From: Anaeromyxobacteraceae bacterium
Lineage (GTDB): Bacteria; Myxococcota; Myxococcia; Myxococcales; Anaeromyxobacteraceae
Assembly (NCBI GenBank): GCA_032654565.1
Contig: JAULAX010000015.1
Coordinates: 672,001-736,000, forward strand
Direction: 5' to 3'
DNA length: 64,000 nucleotides
The notes below the pieces were generated by a model that saw nothing but the letters and a program-made list of their open reading frames with translations, had not been told where the DNA came from and did no database searches. The position numbers and the translations under genes were made by a program. Below, one piece after another: positions 1 to 11,770 of this stretch. Each line of letters starts with the position of its first letter. The first letter of the stretch is position 1.

Positions 1-365
1 GGGCCGAGGCGGTGGTGGCCTGGCGGGCCGGGGCCAAGGCGCTGCGCGAGGGGAAGGTGGACGAGGCCACCGCCCTGCTGCGCGACGCCTGCGCCCGCGA
101 CGAGCTCTCCGCCGAGGCCCACTACGCCCTCGGCCACGCCCTGGCGCGGCAGGGGCTGCTCTTCGAGGCGGCCGCCGCCTACTCGCGCTCCGCCGAGCTG
201 CGCCCCGACGTCGACGCCGCCCACCAGTACCTGGCCCAGACCTGGGAGCAGCTCGGCTTCAAGAAGAGCGCCCGCGAGGCCTGGGCCCGCGCCCTGGAGA
301 CCTGCACCGACGAGACGCGCAAGAAGGCCATCCAGGCGCGGCTGCTCAAGCTGCTGGGGCTGTAG
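1..365 (+). CDS. Tetratricopeptide-repeat protein, 5'-truncated by the window edge
   Basis: Frame is open from the window start; TPR-like helical repeats (AEAHYALGHALARQG, AAHQYLAQTWEQLG). Confidence 0.8.
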   Translation, partial: AEAVVAWRAGAKALREGKVDEATALLRDACARDELSAEAHYALGHALARQGLLFEAAAAYSRSAELRPDVDAAHQYLAQTWEQLGFKKSAREAWARALETCTDETRKKAIQARLLKLLGL

Positions 366-412
366 GCGCCGCCACCCTTGACCGGCGCCGGCATCGCGGA
401 CAGAACAGCGCC

Positions 413-2380
<1,968 letters not shown>

Positions 2381-2389
2381 AGTCGGCGC

Positions 2390-3508
2390 GTGGCGTTCCG
2401 GATCGGGCTGCACGGAAAGATCGTCGGGCTGGTGGGCGGGGCGCTGGCGGCGCTGGCGTTGCTGCTGCTGGCGGCGCACGCCTGGCTGCCGCCCCGGGCC
2501 CAGGGTGGCGTGGCGCTGCTGGCCGTCGCCGCCGGCCTGGCGGCGACCTGGCTCCTGGCCCGGGGGCTGGTGGCGCCGCTGACCCTGCAGGCCGAGGCCG
2601 CCGCCCTGCTCCGCATGCGGGAGGCGCTGGCGGCGTCGCAGGCCGAGGTCCGGGCCGCCGCCGAGGAGGTGGCCCGCGAGGCCCGCGCCATCCGCGTGGC
2701 GGTGGAGCGCCAGGCGGCCATGGGGCTGGACCAGGCCTCGGCGGTGCAGGAGACCGGGGTGGCGGTGACGGCGGTGGCCCGCGCCTCCGAGACCGTGACC
2801 TCCCACGCCGAGCAGGTGGCGGCGGCCAGCCAGCGCACCGACGCCCTCTCCGCCGAGGGGACGCGCGCCGTCGCCGAGGCCATCGAGGGGATGACCCGGC
2901 TGGGCGAGCAGGTGGACGCCATCGCCCGGGCGGTGGCGGCGCTCACCGGCGGCAGCGTCCGCATCGGCGAGATCACCCAGACCGCCATCGACGTGGCCGA
3001 CCAGTCCAACGTGCTGGCGCTCAACGCCTCCATCGAGGCGGCCAAGGCCGGCGAGGCGGCCCAGGGCTTCTCGGTGGTGGCGGCCGAGATGCGGCGGCTG
3101 GCGGAGCAGTCGCGCAGCGCCGCCGCCCAGGTCCGGGGGGTGCTGGCCGAGATCGCCCGGGCCACCCGCCAGGCGGTCCACGCCACCGCCGAGGGGAGCC
3201 GCCGGGCCCGGGAGGCGACCGGACTGGCGCTGCGGGCCGGCCAGGTGATCGACGGGCTGGGGCAGGTGGTGCGCGAGTCGGGCGAGTCGGGGCGGGCCAT
3301 CGCCGTGCAGACCCGGCAGCAGACCGGCGACGTGCAGCAGATGGTCACCGCGCTGGGGGCCATCGAGGGGGCCAGCGCCAACACCCTGGAGGGCACCTTC
3401 GCCATCGAGCAGGGGGCGCGGCGCCTCGAGGCCCTGGCGGCCCGCCTCGCCGACCGGGTCGGCGCCGCCACCGGCGCCGGCACCGGCAGCGGCGGGGCCC
3501 GGCCGTGA
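2390..3508 (+). CDS. Methyl-accepting chemotaxis protein
   Basis: Two N-terminal TM helices; signalling-domain motif [40 protein letters not shown]. Confidence 0.9.
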   Translation: MAFRIGLHGKIVGLVGGALAALALLLLAAHAWLPPRAQGGVALLAVAAGLAATWLLARGLVAPLTLQAEAAALLRMREALAASQAEVRAAAEEVAREARAIRVAVERQAAMGLDQASAVQETGVAVTAVARASETVTSHAEQVAAASQRTDALSAEGTRAVAEAIEGMTRLGEQVDAIARAVAALTGGSVRIGEITQTAIDVADQSNVLALNASIEAAKAGEAAQGFSVVAAEMRRLAEQSRSAAAQVRGVLAEIARATRQAVHATAEGSRRAREATGLALRAGQVIDGLGQVVRESGESGRAIAVQTRQQTGDVQQMVTALGAIEGASANTLEGTFAIEQGARRLEALAARLADRVGAATGAGTGSGGARP

Positions 3509-4302
3509 GCCGGACGCTGCGGGCCCTGCCCACCATGCTCCGCATCGGCCTGGCCGAGGCGGTGGCCTACCGGGCCGAGCTGCTGGTCTGGTTGCTGGCC
3601 ACCAACATGCCGCTGGTGATGCTGGCGCTCTGGAGCGCGGTGGCCCGCGAGGCGCCGGTGGGGCGCTTCCAGCAGCAGGACTTCGTCGCCTACTACCTGG
3701 CGGCGCTGGTGGTGCGGCTGCTCACCGGCGCCTGGGTGGTCTGGGAGCTGACCTTCGAGATCCGCCAGGGGACGCTGGCCTACCGGCTGCTGCGCCCCAT
3801 CCACCCGCTGCTGGCCTACGCCGCCGAGAACATCGCCGCCATGCCGCTGCGGGTGGCGCTCTCGCTGCCGGTGGCGCTGGTGGGGCTCTGGCTCACCGCC
3901 GGCGAGAAGGTCACCCACGACCCGCTGCGGCTGCTGCTCTTCCCGGTGGCGGTGCTGGGGGCCTGGCTGATCACCTTCCTGGCCATGGCGGTGGTGGGCA
4001 CGCTGGCCTTCCGCGTCGACTCGGCCACCAGCCTCTTCGAGATCTGGATGGGGCTCTACGCGCTGCTCTCCGGCTACCTGGTGCCGCTCGAGCTCTTCCC
4101 CCCCTGGGTCGCGGCGCTGGCCCGCTGGCTCCCCTTCCGCTCCATGCTCGGCTTCCCGGTCGAGCTGGTGACCGGGTTGCTGAGCCGGCAGCAGGCGCTG
4201 CTGGAGCTGGGCATCCAGTGGGGCTGGATCGCCGGGCTGCTGCTGCTGGTGCGGACCTCGTGGCGCTCCGGCCTGCGCCGCTTCGCCGCCTTCGGAGGCT
4301 GA
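3505..4302 (+). CDS. ABC-2 type permease (DUF990-like)
   Basis: GTGA overlap with the MCP stop; multi-TM protein; [17 protein letters not shown] and [12 protein letters not shown] motifs. Confidence 0.85.
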   Translation: MSRTLRALPTMLRIGLAEAVAYRAELLVWLLATNMPLVMLALWSAVAREAPVGRFQQQDFVAYYLAALVVRLLTGAWVVWELTFEIRQGTLAYRLLRPIHPLLAYAAENIAAMPLRVALSLPVALVGLWLTAGEKVTHDPLRLLLFPVAVLGAWLITFLAMAVVGTLAFRVDSATSLFEIWMGLYALLSGYLVPLELFPPWVAALARWLPFRSMLGFPVELVTGLLSRQQALLELGIQWGWIAGLLLLVRTSWRSGLRRFAAFGG

Positions 4303-4304
4303 CC

Positions 4305-5093
4305 GTGACCCGCTACCTCCGCCTGCTGGCCGTGCAGCTCCGCGCCTCGACGGCGCTGGCGCTCCAGTACCGGCTGGAGTTCCTCGGGCAGGGGGCGCTG
4401 GCGCTGCTCTGGACCAGCTGGTCGCTGGTGCCGCTGCTGGTGGTCTTCGCCGACCGGCCCGGGGTGGCCGGCTGGAGCTTCGAGGAGGCGCTGGTGGTGA
4501 TGGGCTGGTTCACCTTGATGAAGGGGGTGCTGGAGGGGGCGGTCAACCCCTCGCTGGCCAGCGTGGTCGAGCACATCCGCAAGGGGACGCTCGACTTCGT
4601 GCTGCTCAAGCCCGCCGACGCCCAGTTCCTGGTCAGCACCGCCCGCTTCATGCCCTGGCGGATCGTCGACGTGCTGGCCGGGCTGGGCATCTTCGCCGTG
4701 GCCTTCCACCGCATGGGGCGCTGGCCCTCGGCCGGGGCGGTGGCGGCGGCTGCGGCGCTGCTGGCCTGCGCCACCCTGGTGCTCTACTCGCTCTGGATCC
4801 TGGTGATCTCGGCCGCCTTCTACCTGGTCAAGATCGACAACCTCTCCTACCTCTTCTCCTCGATCTACGACGCCGCCCGCTGGCCGGTGGACGTCTTCCG
4901 CGGCTTCCTGCGGGTGCTCTTCACCTTCGTCATCCCCCTGGCGCTGCTCACCAGCTACCCGGCGCTGGCGCTGCTCGGCAAGCTCGACGCGGCGGTGGCG
5001 GCGCAGGCGCTGGGCGGCTCGCTGGCCTTCGCGGTGGCGGCGCGGCTGGTCTGGACCCGCGCCATCCGCCGCTATACGTCCGCGTCCAGTTGA
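4305..5093 (+). CDS. ABC-2 type permease (DUF990-like), second subunit
   Basis: IRKGTLDFVLLKPADAQF and ARWPVDVF motifs; C-terminal RRYTSASS; GTG start 2 nt after the previous stop. Confidence 0.85.
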   Translation: MTRYLRLLAVQLRASTALALQYRLEFLGQGALALLWTSWSLVPLLVVFADRPGVAGWSFEEALVVMGWFTLMKGVLEGAVNPSLASVVEHIRKGTLDFVLLKPADAQFLVSTARFMPWRIVDVLAGLGIFAVAFHRMGRWPSAGAVAAAAALLACATLVLYSLWILVISAAFYLVKIDNLSYLFSSIYDAARWPVDVFRGFLRVLFTFVIPLALLTSYPALALLGKLDAAVAAQALGGSLAFAVAARLVWTRAIRRYTSASS

Positions 5094-5186
5094 TCGCGCG
5101 GCCTTCAGGCCGCGCAACCCGAAAGCACCAGCAGCGCGATCGCCGTGGCGCCACATCGCAGGGCGCCTCGCGCCGGGCCGGCTCAC

Positions 5187-5291
5187 GACGCAGGGCGCCT
5201 CCAGGCGGGCCACCGCCGGCCGGGGCCTCGTCGCGGCCACGTGACGCAGGGCGCCTCCCGGCGGGCCACCGCCGGCCGGGGCCTCGTCGCG
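5187..5291. repeat. Direct repeat of about 49 bp, two copies (period 56, 1 mismatch), plus a partial copy at about 5158-5169
   Basis: GACGCAGGGCGCCTCC(A/C)GGCGGGCCACCGCCGGCCGGGGCCTCGTCGCG at 5187 and 5243, between convergent genes. Confidence 0.85.
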
Positions 5292-5422
5292 CCTGCGGCG
5301 CGCCCGCTCGCCAGCGGCCGGTCCGATCCGGCGATCGATGAAGGGGCTGCGCGGCTCGGCCCCGTACCGGCGGCGGCCCCGCCGTGAGGCTGCTCGGGGT
5401 CGGGCTCGTCTGGCCGGGTTCG

Positions 5423-5872
5423 TCAGGAGATCGTGACCTTGAACAGTTGCCTCTCGACCAGATCCAGCGCCGCGCACAGGTCGTCGCGGGTGAGCCGGGC
5501 CCCGGTGGCCCGCTCCTTGAGCCAGAGGCAGCGCTCGGTGATCACCTTCACCAGCAGCTGCCCGGCGCTCCGCTCCTCGGGGGTGGTCCACCAGCCGTCG
5601 GCCTCGCCCTGCAGGCGGCGATCGATCTCCTCCCACTGCCGCCGCAGGTCGAGCCGGGCCAGGGTGAGCGCGTAGCGGAGCACCAGCGGGCCGGGCGGCC
5701 GGGCCGCGCCCGCCTGCCAGCGGAGCCGCAGCGCCTCGGTCTCCCACTCCAGGTCGGCGGGGGGCCAGGCGGCCAGCTCCGCGGCCAGCTCGGCGGCGAA
5801 GCGCTCCAGCAGGTACTGCTTGATGGGCTGCTTCTGGCGCTCGTACAGCCAGTCGTAGCGCTTGTCTCGCAT
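5423..5872 (-). CDS. Hypothetical protein
   Basis: ATG start, GC3-biased codons, protein-like composition. Confidence 0.75.
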   Translation of the reverse strand: MRDKRYDWLYERQKQPIKQYLLERFAAELAAELAAWPPADLEWETEALRLRWQAGAARPPGPLVLRYALTLARLDLRRQWEEIDRRLQGEADGWWTTPEERSAGQLLVKVITERCLWLKERATGARLTRDDLCAALDLVERQLFKVTIS

Positions 5873-5905
5873 GGGCCGGGGCTCGTGAAGGGGGCGCCGG
5901 GGAAC

Positions 5906-6682
5906 CTAGCCGGTCCGCCCGCCGGCCACCACGCCGAAGGGGCGCTGGGGCTGGGCGTCGAGCGACCGCAGCTCCCGGCGCAGCGCCGTGTAGGCGCGCG
6001 GCCGGGTCAGGAACTCGAAGTGGAAGCAGGCGACCTCGACGTTGCGCCACTGCGGCTGGTCGCGGGTGTCGAGCACCGCGGTGGGCCAGGGGGCCAGGGT
6101 GTCGCCGCGCGACCAGATCGAGGTCAGCCGCACCTGCGGCGGCCAGCGCCCCTCGTGCAGCCGGCGCAGGAAGGAGGAGCCGGGCAGGAGCTGGAGCAGC
6201 GACGGGGCCAGCAGCGCCACCGGCAGCCCCAGCCAGGCCATGGGGGTGCCGTGGAAGGGGGTGCCCAGCATCACCACCGCCCGGGCGCGCCGCCAGCCGC
6301 CCAGCTTCTTCACGTAGTAGGTGGCCACCAGCCCGCCCTTGGAGTGGCCGATGATGGTGAGCGGCCCCAGGCCGGGGTGGCGGGCGTAGAGCCGCTCCAC
6401 CTTGGCCCGCACGTAGTCGGCCAGGTCGTCGATGCCGCGGGTGTTGTAGGCCCGCTTCAGGCCGCCCAGGCTGAGCGAGAAGACCCCGTAGCCGTCGCGC
6501 CGCAGCCGCGCCTCGAGCACGTCGAGGGTGCGGCGGGTGGAGAAGAAGCCGTGGAGCAGCAGGACCGGCCGGGCGTGGCCGTCGAGGTCGGTGCGCCGCT
6601 CCACCCGGTTGAGCAGGGCGGCGTCGGTCAGCTCGGCGATGGAGCGTCGCGCCTCGCGCACCAGCCGGTGGAACAGCCGCAT
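5906..6682 (-). CDS. Alpha/beta hydrolase (lipase/esterase, PGAP1-like)
   Basis: PVLLLHGF, nucleophile elbow GHSKGG, LGTPFHGT; ATG at 6682 with GGAG-rich upstream sequence. Confidence 0.88.
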   Translation of the reverse strand: MRLFHRLVREARRSIAELTDAALLNRVERRTDLDGHARPVLLLHGFFSTRRTLDVLEARLRRDGYGVFSLSLGGLKRAYNTRGIDDLADYVRAKVERLYARHPGLGPLTIIGHSKGGLVATYYVKKLGGWRRARAVVMLGTPFHGTPMAWLGLPVALLAPSLLQLLPGSSFLRRLHEGRWPPQVRLTSIWSRGDTLAPWPTAVLDTRDQPQWRNVEVACFHFEFLTRPRAYTALRRELRSLDAQPQRPFGVVAGGRTG

Positions 6683-6708
6683 CGCCCCCGCCCCCTCTCC
6701 CTCGGGGC

Positions 6709-7299
6709 TCAGTCTAGCCGGGCCCGGCGCGGGGTCCAGCGCACGGTGAAGCGCGCCCCACCAGGCCACGGGTCGTAGATGACCTCGCCGACCACCCCGC
6801 AGAGGTCGAAGAAGGCCTCCAGCGAGCCGGCCATGCTGTCGAGGTAGGAGGGGAGGTTGAGCTCGGGGGGCAGGTTCTCCAGCCGCAGGTCGGCCTGCCG
6901 GTCGTCGGCCGACTCCAGCCGCAGGTCGCCGCAGTCCCGGCAGATGCGGCCGTAGCCGCGCCCGGCCCACTTGAGCAGGTCGCCCGGCGTGTCGCCGAGC
7001 AGGGCCATCGCCGAGCGGACCAGGCCACCCAGCAGGTTGCCGTTGAGGGTGCGCCGCAGCCCCTCGCGGGAGACCTGGCGGGCGCCGAGCGGGCCGACCA
7101 CGTCGCGGATGGCCGCGGTCACCTCCAGGTCGACCATCACCGGCAGGTAGTCGAGCCGGAAGGCGGCCTCGATGGCCTGCCGCACCAGCGGCGAGAGCCG
7201 CTCCAGGACCCGCGGCTCGGCGGCGGGGAAGAGCTCGGCCAGCACCTCCAGCGAGGCGCGGGTGTGACGGGCCTGGATCTCCGGGAAGCCGCTCTCCAC
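6709..7299 (-). CDS. Myxobacterial hypothetical protein (DUF2378/V4R-like ligand-binding fold)
   Basis: Coding-like frame; GTG start 7 nt after TATAGT; family assignment by resemblance only. Confidence 0.6.
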   Translation of the reverse strand: MESGFPEIQARHTRASLEVLAELFPAAEPRVLERLSPLVRQAIEAAFRLDYLPVMVDLEVTAAIRDVVGPLGARQVSREGLRRTLNGNLLGGLVRSAMALLGDTPGDLLKWAGRGYGRICRDCGDLRLESADDRQADLRLENLPPELNLPSYLDSMAGSLEAFFDLCGVVGEVIYDPWPGGARFTVRWTPRRARLD

Positions 7300-7459
7300 G
7301 GGGGCCACTATAGACCCGGGGCCCGGGCCGGCGAGCCGGCAGATTGGGTCGCCCGGGGAGTTGAGTCGATGTAGGCAGCAGTGCGCCGCGGCTGCTGACA
7401 GCGGGCGCGGCGCGGGGGACAATCGCGGCGACCCGGGGTGTCCGGGAGGAGCGGCACGA

Positions 7460-8278
7460 ATGGACGATCACGAACTCGAGAAGGCGGCCGGGCTCAAGCC
7501 GGCCCGCGCCGGCTTCGGCGGCGGCGACTGGGCCATGGTGCTGGTGGCCGTGGCCGTGATCGCCGGCGGGGGCTGGTGGTGGCTGAACCGCGGGGCGGTG
7601 GCGTCGGCCCCGCCGCCCATGGTCGCGACGGTCGCGGCGCCGGCGCCGCCGGCGGCGGCCGCCGAGCCGGTCAAGCCGGTGGCCGCCGACCGGCTGCGCG
7701 AGCTGCTCGAGTCGATCTCGGTCAGCGCCGCCTACCGGGCCTGGCTGGCGCCGGGCGGCGCGGTGGAGCGCTGGGCGGTGGTGACCGACAACCTGGCCGA
7801 GGGGGTCTCGCCGCGGGCCCGGCTCCCCTTCCTGGCGCCCACGGCCGCGTTCAAGGCCACGCGCAAGGGTGACCAGCTGGTGATCGCGGCGGCCTCCTAC
7901 GCCCGCTACGACCTCTTCGCCGACGCCGTCGGCTCGGTCGACGTGGCCGCGGCGGTGCACGCCTACCGCGAGCTGCACGGGGTGCTGGAGGCGGCCTACC
8001 GCGCCATCGGCTACCCGGAGGGCTCGCTCGACCGGGTCACCGCGGCGGCGCTGCGGCGGCTGGCGGCGGCGCCGGCCCGCGACGGCGACGTGGTCGTCGA
8101 GGCGGGCGGCCCCGGCCCCGGCGCGCTCTACTTCTTCGTGGCCCCGGAGCTGGAGCGGCTCGGTCCGGTCGAGAAGCACCTGCTGCGGATGGGGCCGCGC
8201 AACACCCGCATCATCCAGGCCAAGGCCCGCCAGCTGGAGCGGGCGCTCGGCTTCACCGCGGCCCCGGGCGACAAGTAG
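7460..8278 (+). CDS. DUF3014 family membrane-anchored protein
   Basis: N-terminal TM helix; VTDNLAEGVSP, SYARYD and EKHLLRMGPRN motifs. Confidence 0.8.
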   Translation: MDDHELEKAAGLKPARAGFGGGDWAMVLVAVAVIAGGGWWWLNRGAVASAPPPMVATVAAPAPPAAAAEPVKPVAADRLRELLESISVSAAYRAWLAPGGAVERWAVVTDNLAEGVSPRARLPFLAPTAAFKATRKGDQLVIAAASYARYDLFADAVGSVDVAAAVHAYRELHGVLEAAYRAIGYPEGSLDRVTAAALRRLAAAPARDGDVVVEAGGPGPGALYFFVAPELERLGPVEKHLLRMGPRNTRIIQAKARQLERALGFTAAPGDK

Positions 8279-8312
8279 CCGGCGCCGCCAGCCACACACA
8301 CGGAGCGTCACC

Positions 8313-8594
8313 ATGCTGAAGCACAACAGCTACTTCGAGGGGAAGGTGCAGAGCGTCGGCTTCGAGCGCCACGGCCGCAAGGCCACGGTGGGCGTGGTGG
8401 CCGCCGGCGAGTTCCACTTCGGCACCGGGGCGCCGGAGCGGATGACGGTGGTCTCCGGGGAGCTTCAGGCGAAGCTGCCGGGGGAGGCCGGCTGGCGGAC
8501 CTTCCCGGCCGGGACCACCTTCGAGGTCCCGGGGCAGAGCGGCTTCGACGTCAAGGCGGCGGCCCCGGCCGCCTACCTCTGCGAGTTCCTCTAG
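8313..8594 (+). CDS. ppnP: Pyrimidine/purine nucleoside phosphorylase (DUF1255/YaiE)
   Basis: MLKHNSYFEGKVQS...FGTGAPERMTVVSG...AYLCEF signature, 93 aa. Confidence 0.92.
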   Translation: MLKHNSYFEGKVQSVGFERHGRKATVGVVAAGEFHFGTGAPERMTVVSGELQAKLPGEAGWRTFPAGTTFEVPGQSGFDVKAAAPAAYLCEFL

Positions 8595-8605
8595 GTGGGG
8601 GACAC

Positions 8606-9307
8606 GTGCTGACGCTGCGCCGCGCCGCCGACCGCGGTCACTTCGACCACGGCTGGCTCGACACCTTCCACACCTTCTCCTTCGCCGGCTACCAGGACCA
8701 GGCGCACATGGGCTTCCGCGCCCTGCGGGTCATCAACGAGGACCGGGTCCGGGCCGGGGAGGGGTTCGGCACCCACCCCCACCGCGACATGGAGATCCTC
8801 ACCTGGGTGCTGGACGGGGCCCTGGCCCACCGCGACTCGACCGGCGCCGAGGGGGTGCTGCGCCACGGCGACGTGCAGCGGATGAGCGCCGGCACCGGCG
8901 TGACCCACAGCGAGTTCAACGGCTCGGCGGAGGAGCCGGTCCACTTCTTCCAGGTCTGGATCCTGCCCGACCGGGCCGGCCACCCGCCCAGCTACGAGCA
9001 GCGCGCCTTCCCGCCGGCGGGGCTGCGCGGCGGCCTGCGGCTGGTCGCGTCGCCGGACGGCGCCGAGGGCTCCACGGTGATCCACCAGGACGCCCGCGCC
9101 TACGCCACCATCCTCGCCGCCGGCCAGGCGGTGCGCTTGCCGCTCCTCCCCGGTCGCCACGCCTGGGCCCAGGTGGCGCGCGGCGCCGGGACGGTCAACG
9201 GCGTGGCGGTGAAGGCCGGCGACGGCGTGGCCCTTTCCGGCGAGGCGGCGGTGGAGCTCACGGCGACCGGCGGCGAGGCCGAGTTCCTGCTCTTCGACCT
9301 GGCCTGA
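8606..9307 (+). CDS. Pirin family protein (YhhW-like)
   Basis: HGWLDTFHTFSFA, GFGTHPHRDMEI and MSAGTGVTHSEFN motifs. Confidence 0.93.
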   Translation: MLTLRRAADRGHFDHGWLDTFHTFSFAGYQDQAHMGFRALRVINEDRVRAGEGFGTHPHRDMEILTWVLDGALAHRDSTGAEGVLRHGDVQRMSAGTGVTHSEFNGSAEEPVHFFQVWILPDRAGHPPSYEQRAFPPAGLRGGLRLVASPDGAEGSTVIHQDARAYATILAAGQAVRLPLLPGRHAWAQVARGAGTVNGVAVKAGDGVALSGEAAVELTATGGEAEFLLFDLA

Positions 9308-9323
9308 GGGCGGCCCGGGCGCG

Positions 9324-11561
9324 TCACTTCCCGAGGCCGTACCCGAGGTAGACGGCGAGGCCGATGTGGGCCACCAGGGCCACCACCAGGAAGGCCGCCG
9401 CCGTGGTGTGGAAGAGCCGCCACCCGCGCAGCAGCCGCTTCAGCGACTTGTAGAAGCGCAGCTGCCAGCGGAGCCGGGTCAGCTGGACCAGCGCGGCCCG
9501 GAGGTCGGTGTAGTGCTCCGGGTGCTGGAGCCGCCGCCGCAGCAGCCGCAGCCGGATCCGCAAGGAGATCGACTCGAAGGGGTAGCGGACGAAGAGGGCC
9601 AGCAGCGAGCCGGAGCGGACCGGCGAGGTGGCCCGGTCGAGGAGCGCGGCGCCGTCGGAGGTGCCGACCAGCTCCGGCGCGGCGTAGGCCCGCAGCCGCT
9701 CGAAGCTGGCGCCCAGCTCCTCCAGCTCGACGAAGTGGTCGCCGGTGTGGGCCGGCACCAGCCCGTAGATGTAGCGACCGATGACGCCGGTGACGACCAC
9801 CACCGCCAGGGCCACGTAGGTCCCGGTGGCCAGGCGGTTGTTCATCTCGAAGGCGGCGTGGAAGGCGATCACCAGCGGGCTCAGGAAGCCGACGAAGACG
9901 TGGAAGTCGAGCCAGCCGGCGATGTCTCCCAGCCCGTTGAGGCGGCGGACCCGCTTGCGGACCGCCAGCAGGAAGTTGGAGAGCATGACGGCGGTGGCCA
10001 CCATGCCGACCCCGTGCCCCCAGCGGCCGGCGGAGCGGAGCGCCTTGTGGAGCGGCGAGTGCTCCCGGGCCAGGTTGGGGAGCAGGTAGTAGCTCCAGCC
10101 CACCGAGGTCAGGTAGGCCAGCACCGACAGGCCGAGCGCGACGTAGAGGATCCGCCGCAGGGTGCGGCGCCGCTGCACCTCCAGCTCCTGGCCGGTGGGG
10201 GGCCGGGCCACCGGTCCGCTGGCCACGCTCGCCGGCGCGCTCCCCGGCGCCGGGGCCTGTGTCCCCAGCTCCTCACCGTGGAAGCGGCGCATGGAGACGC
10301 CCACGCCACCAAGGAACTCCACGGGCTGCTCGCCGCCGATGTTGATGATGACGAAGTCGTTGCCGAGCCGCAGCGGCGCGCCGGCGACGTCGAGCCGGAC
10401 CGCGTCGGGCTCGACGGCCACCACCCGCGACGGCAGCAGGGCCTTGAGCCGCCCGGCGGCGATGAGGGCGCCGACCCGGGCCCGGTTGGCCTCGCGGCAG
10501 CCGCTGAAGTCGGCGTTCCGGTAGGAGATGGTCACCTCGGCGCTCGACTCGGTGGCCAGCTGCACCGCCGCCTCGATGGCCGCGTCGCCGCCGCCCACCA
10601 CCAGCACCCGGGTCCCCTGGTACTGCTCGGGCTCGGTGAGGGCGTAGACCACCTTCTCCAGCTCCTCGCCCGGGACGCCCAGCTTGCGCGGGGTGCCGCG
10701 CCGGCCGATGGCCAGCACCACCTTGGCGGCGGTGATGGGCCCGGCGGTGGTGAGCGCCGTGAAGGCCCCGTCGGCCCCGTCGAGGCCGGTCATCTTGACG
10801 CCCTGCTCCACCACCAGGCCGACCCTGGCGATGATCCCGTCCCACCCCTCCAGCAGCTCCTCCTTGGTGATGAGCGGCTTGCCGAAGGAGCCGACCGGCG
10901 GAAGGTCGACCGCCCCGGACATGGCCACCTTGCGGCGCGGGTAGTGGAAGATGGTGCCCCCCACCGAGCCCTGCTCGAGCAGCCGGTAGGCCACCCCCTT
11001 GGCCTTGAGCGCCAGCGCGGTGGCCAGCCCGGCCGGCCCGGCCCCGACCACCACCACCGTGCCGCCCGGGGGCGTCACCTCGGCGAGGCGATCGGCGGCC
11101 TGCAGCCCCTGGAGCAGGGCGTTCTTGATGAGCCCCATCCCGGCCAGCTCGCCGACGATGAGGACGCCGGGCCGCGACGACTCGAAGAAGCGGTCGACCT
11201 GGGGCAGGTCGACGCCGCGCTCGGCGGAGCCGAAGACCAGCCGGATGGCCTGGACCGGGCACTCCTCGGCGCAGCCGCCGTGGCCGATGCAGTGGTCGCC
11301 GTGGATCAGCTCCGCCGAGTGCCCGACCATCCCGAGGATGTCCCCCTCGGGGCAGGCGTTGAGGCAGGACCCGCTGCCGATGCAGCGGTCGGCGTCGATG
11401 ACCGGGTGGAGCGAGCGGGCCAGGTGCTTCTTCGACTCCTCCTGGTGGAGGAGGGTGGCTCGCTCGCTCCGCAGCCGGGCGTGGCGGCGGAACGAGACCA
11501 GGGCCCCGGCCATGACCGGGACGGCCACGAGGGCGAGCAGGCTCAGACTTCCCTGGTCCAT
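9324..11561 (-). CDS. Membrane oxidoreductase: 2x[4Fe-4S] ferredoxin + thioredoxin-reductase/YpdA-like FAD/NAD(P) domain + C-terminal multi-TM domain
   Basis: CIGSGSCLNACP and CIGHGGCAEECP; GAGPAG and GGGDAA dinucleotide motifs; TM segments with WLDFHVFVG and WRLFH. Confidence 0.82.
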   Translation of the reverse strand: MDQGSLSLLALVAVPVMAGALVSFRRHARLRSERATLLHQEESKKHLARSLHPVIDADRCIGSGSCLNACPEGDILGMVGHSAELIHGDHCIGHGGCAEECPVQAIRLVFGSAERGVDLPQVDRFFESSRPGVLIVGELAGMGLIKNALLQGLQAADRLAEVTPPGGTVVVVGAGPAGLATALALKAKGVAYRLLEQGSVGGTIFHYPRRKVAMSGAVDLPPVGSFGKPLITKEELLEGWDGIIARVGLVVEQGVKMTGLDGADGAFTALTTAGPITAAKVVLAIGRRGTPRKLGVPGEELEKVVYALTEPEQYQGTRVLVVGGGDAAIEAAVQLATESSAEVTISYRNADFSGCREANRARVGALIAAGRLKALLPSRVVAVEPDAVRLDVAGAPLRLGNDFVIINIGGEQPVEFLGGVGVSMRRFHGEELGTQAPAPGSAPASVASGPVARPPTGQELEVQRRRTLRRILYVALGLSVLAYLTSVGWSYYLLPNLAREHSPLHKALRSAGRWGHGVGMVATAVMLSNFLLAVRKRVRRLNGLGDIAGWLDFHVFVGFLSPLVIAFHAAFEMNNRLATGTYVALAVVVVTGVIGRYIYGLVPAHTGDHFVELEELGASFERLRAYAAPELVGTSDGAALLDRATSPVRSGSLLALFVRYPFESISLRIRLRLLRRRLQHPEHYTDLRAALVQLTRLRWQLRFYKSLKRLLRGWRLFHTTAAAFLVVALVAHIGLAVYLGYGLGK

Positions 11562-11688
11562 GGAGACGGCCTTTCAGGATGGGTTCCGGTCGGACCAGTG
11601 CACCCGTCGAGCCAGCCGGCGCTCGCGCCTGGCTCCTCGTCATTCCGGTCGCTTGGATCCCGGGGCCAGCGGGACCGGGCCGGAGGCG

Positions 11689-11730
11689 ATCCCATCAGTC
11701 CGACCGACGCGTCGACCGTTCTGATGGGAT
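11689..11730. promoter_or_regulatory. 42-bp imperfect palindrome in a divergent intergenic region, probable operator
   Basis: ATCCCATCAG...CTGATGGGAT arms with a concentric inner CGACGCGTCG palindrome. Confidence 0.55.
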
Positions 11731-11770
11731 GAGATGGCCTGGCGCCGCGAACCGGCCGATGATGCGGCCC

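Noticed and set aside
5158..5291. Repeat considered as a CRISPR array
   Set aside because: Only two full copies with a 7-nt gap, no spacers and no cas genes.
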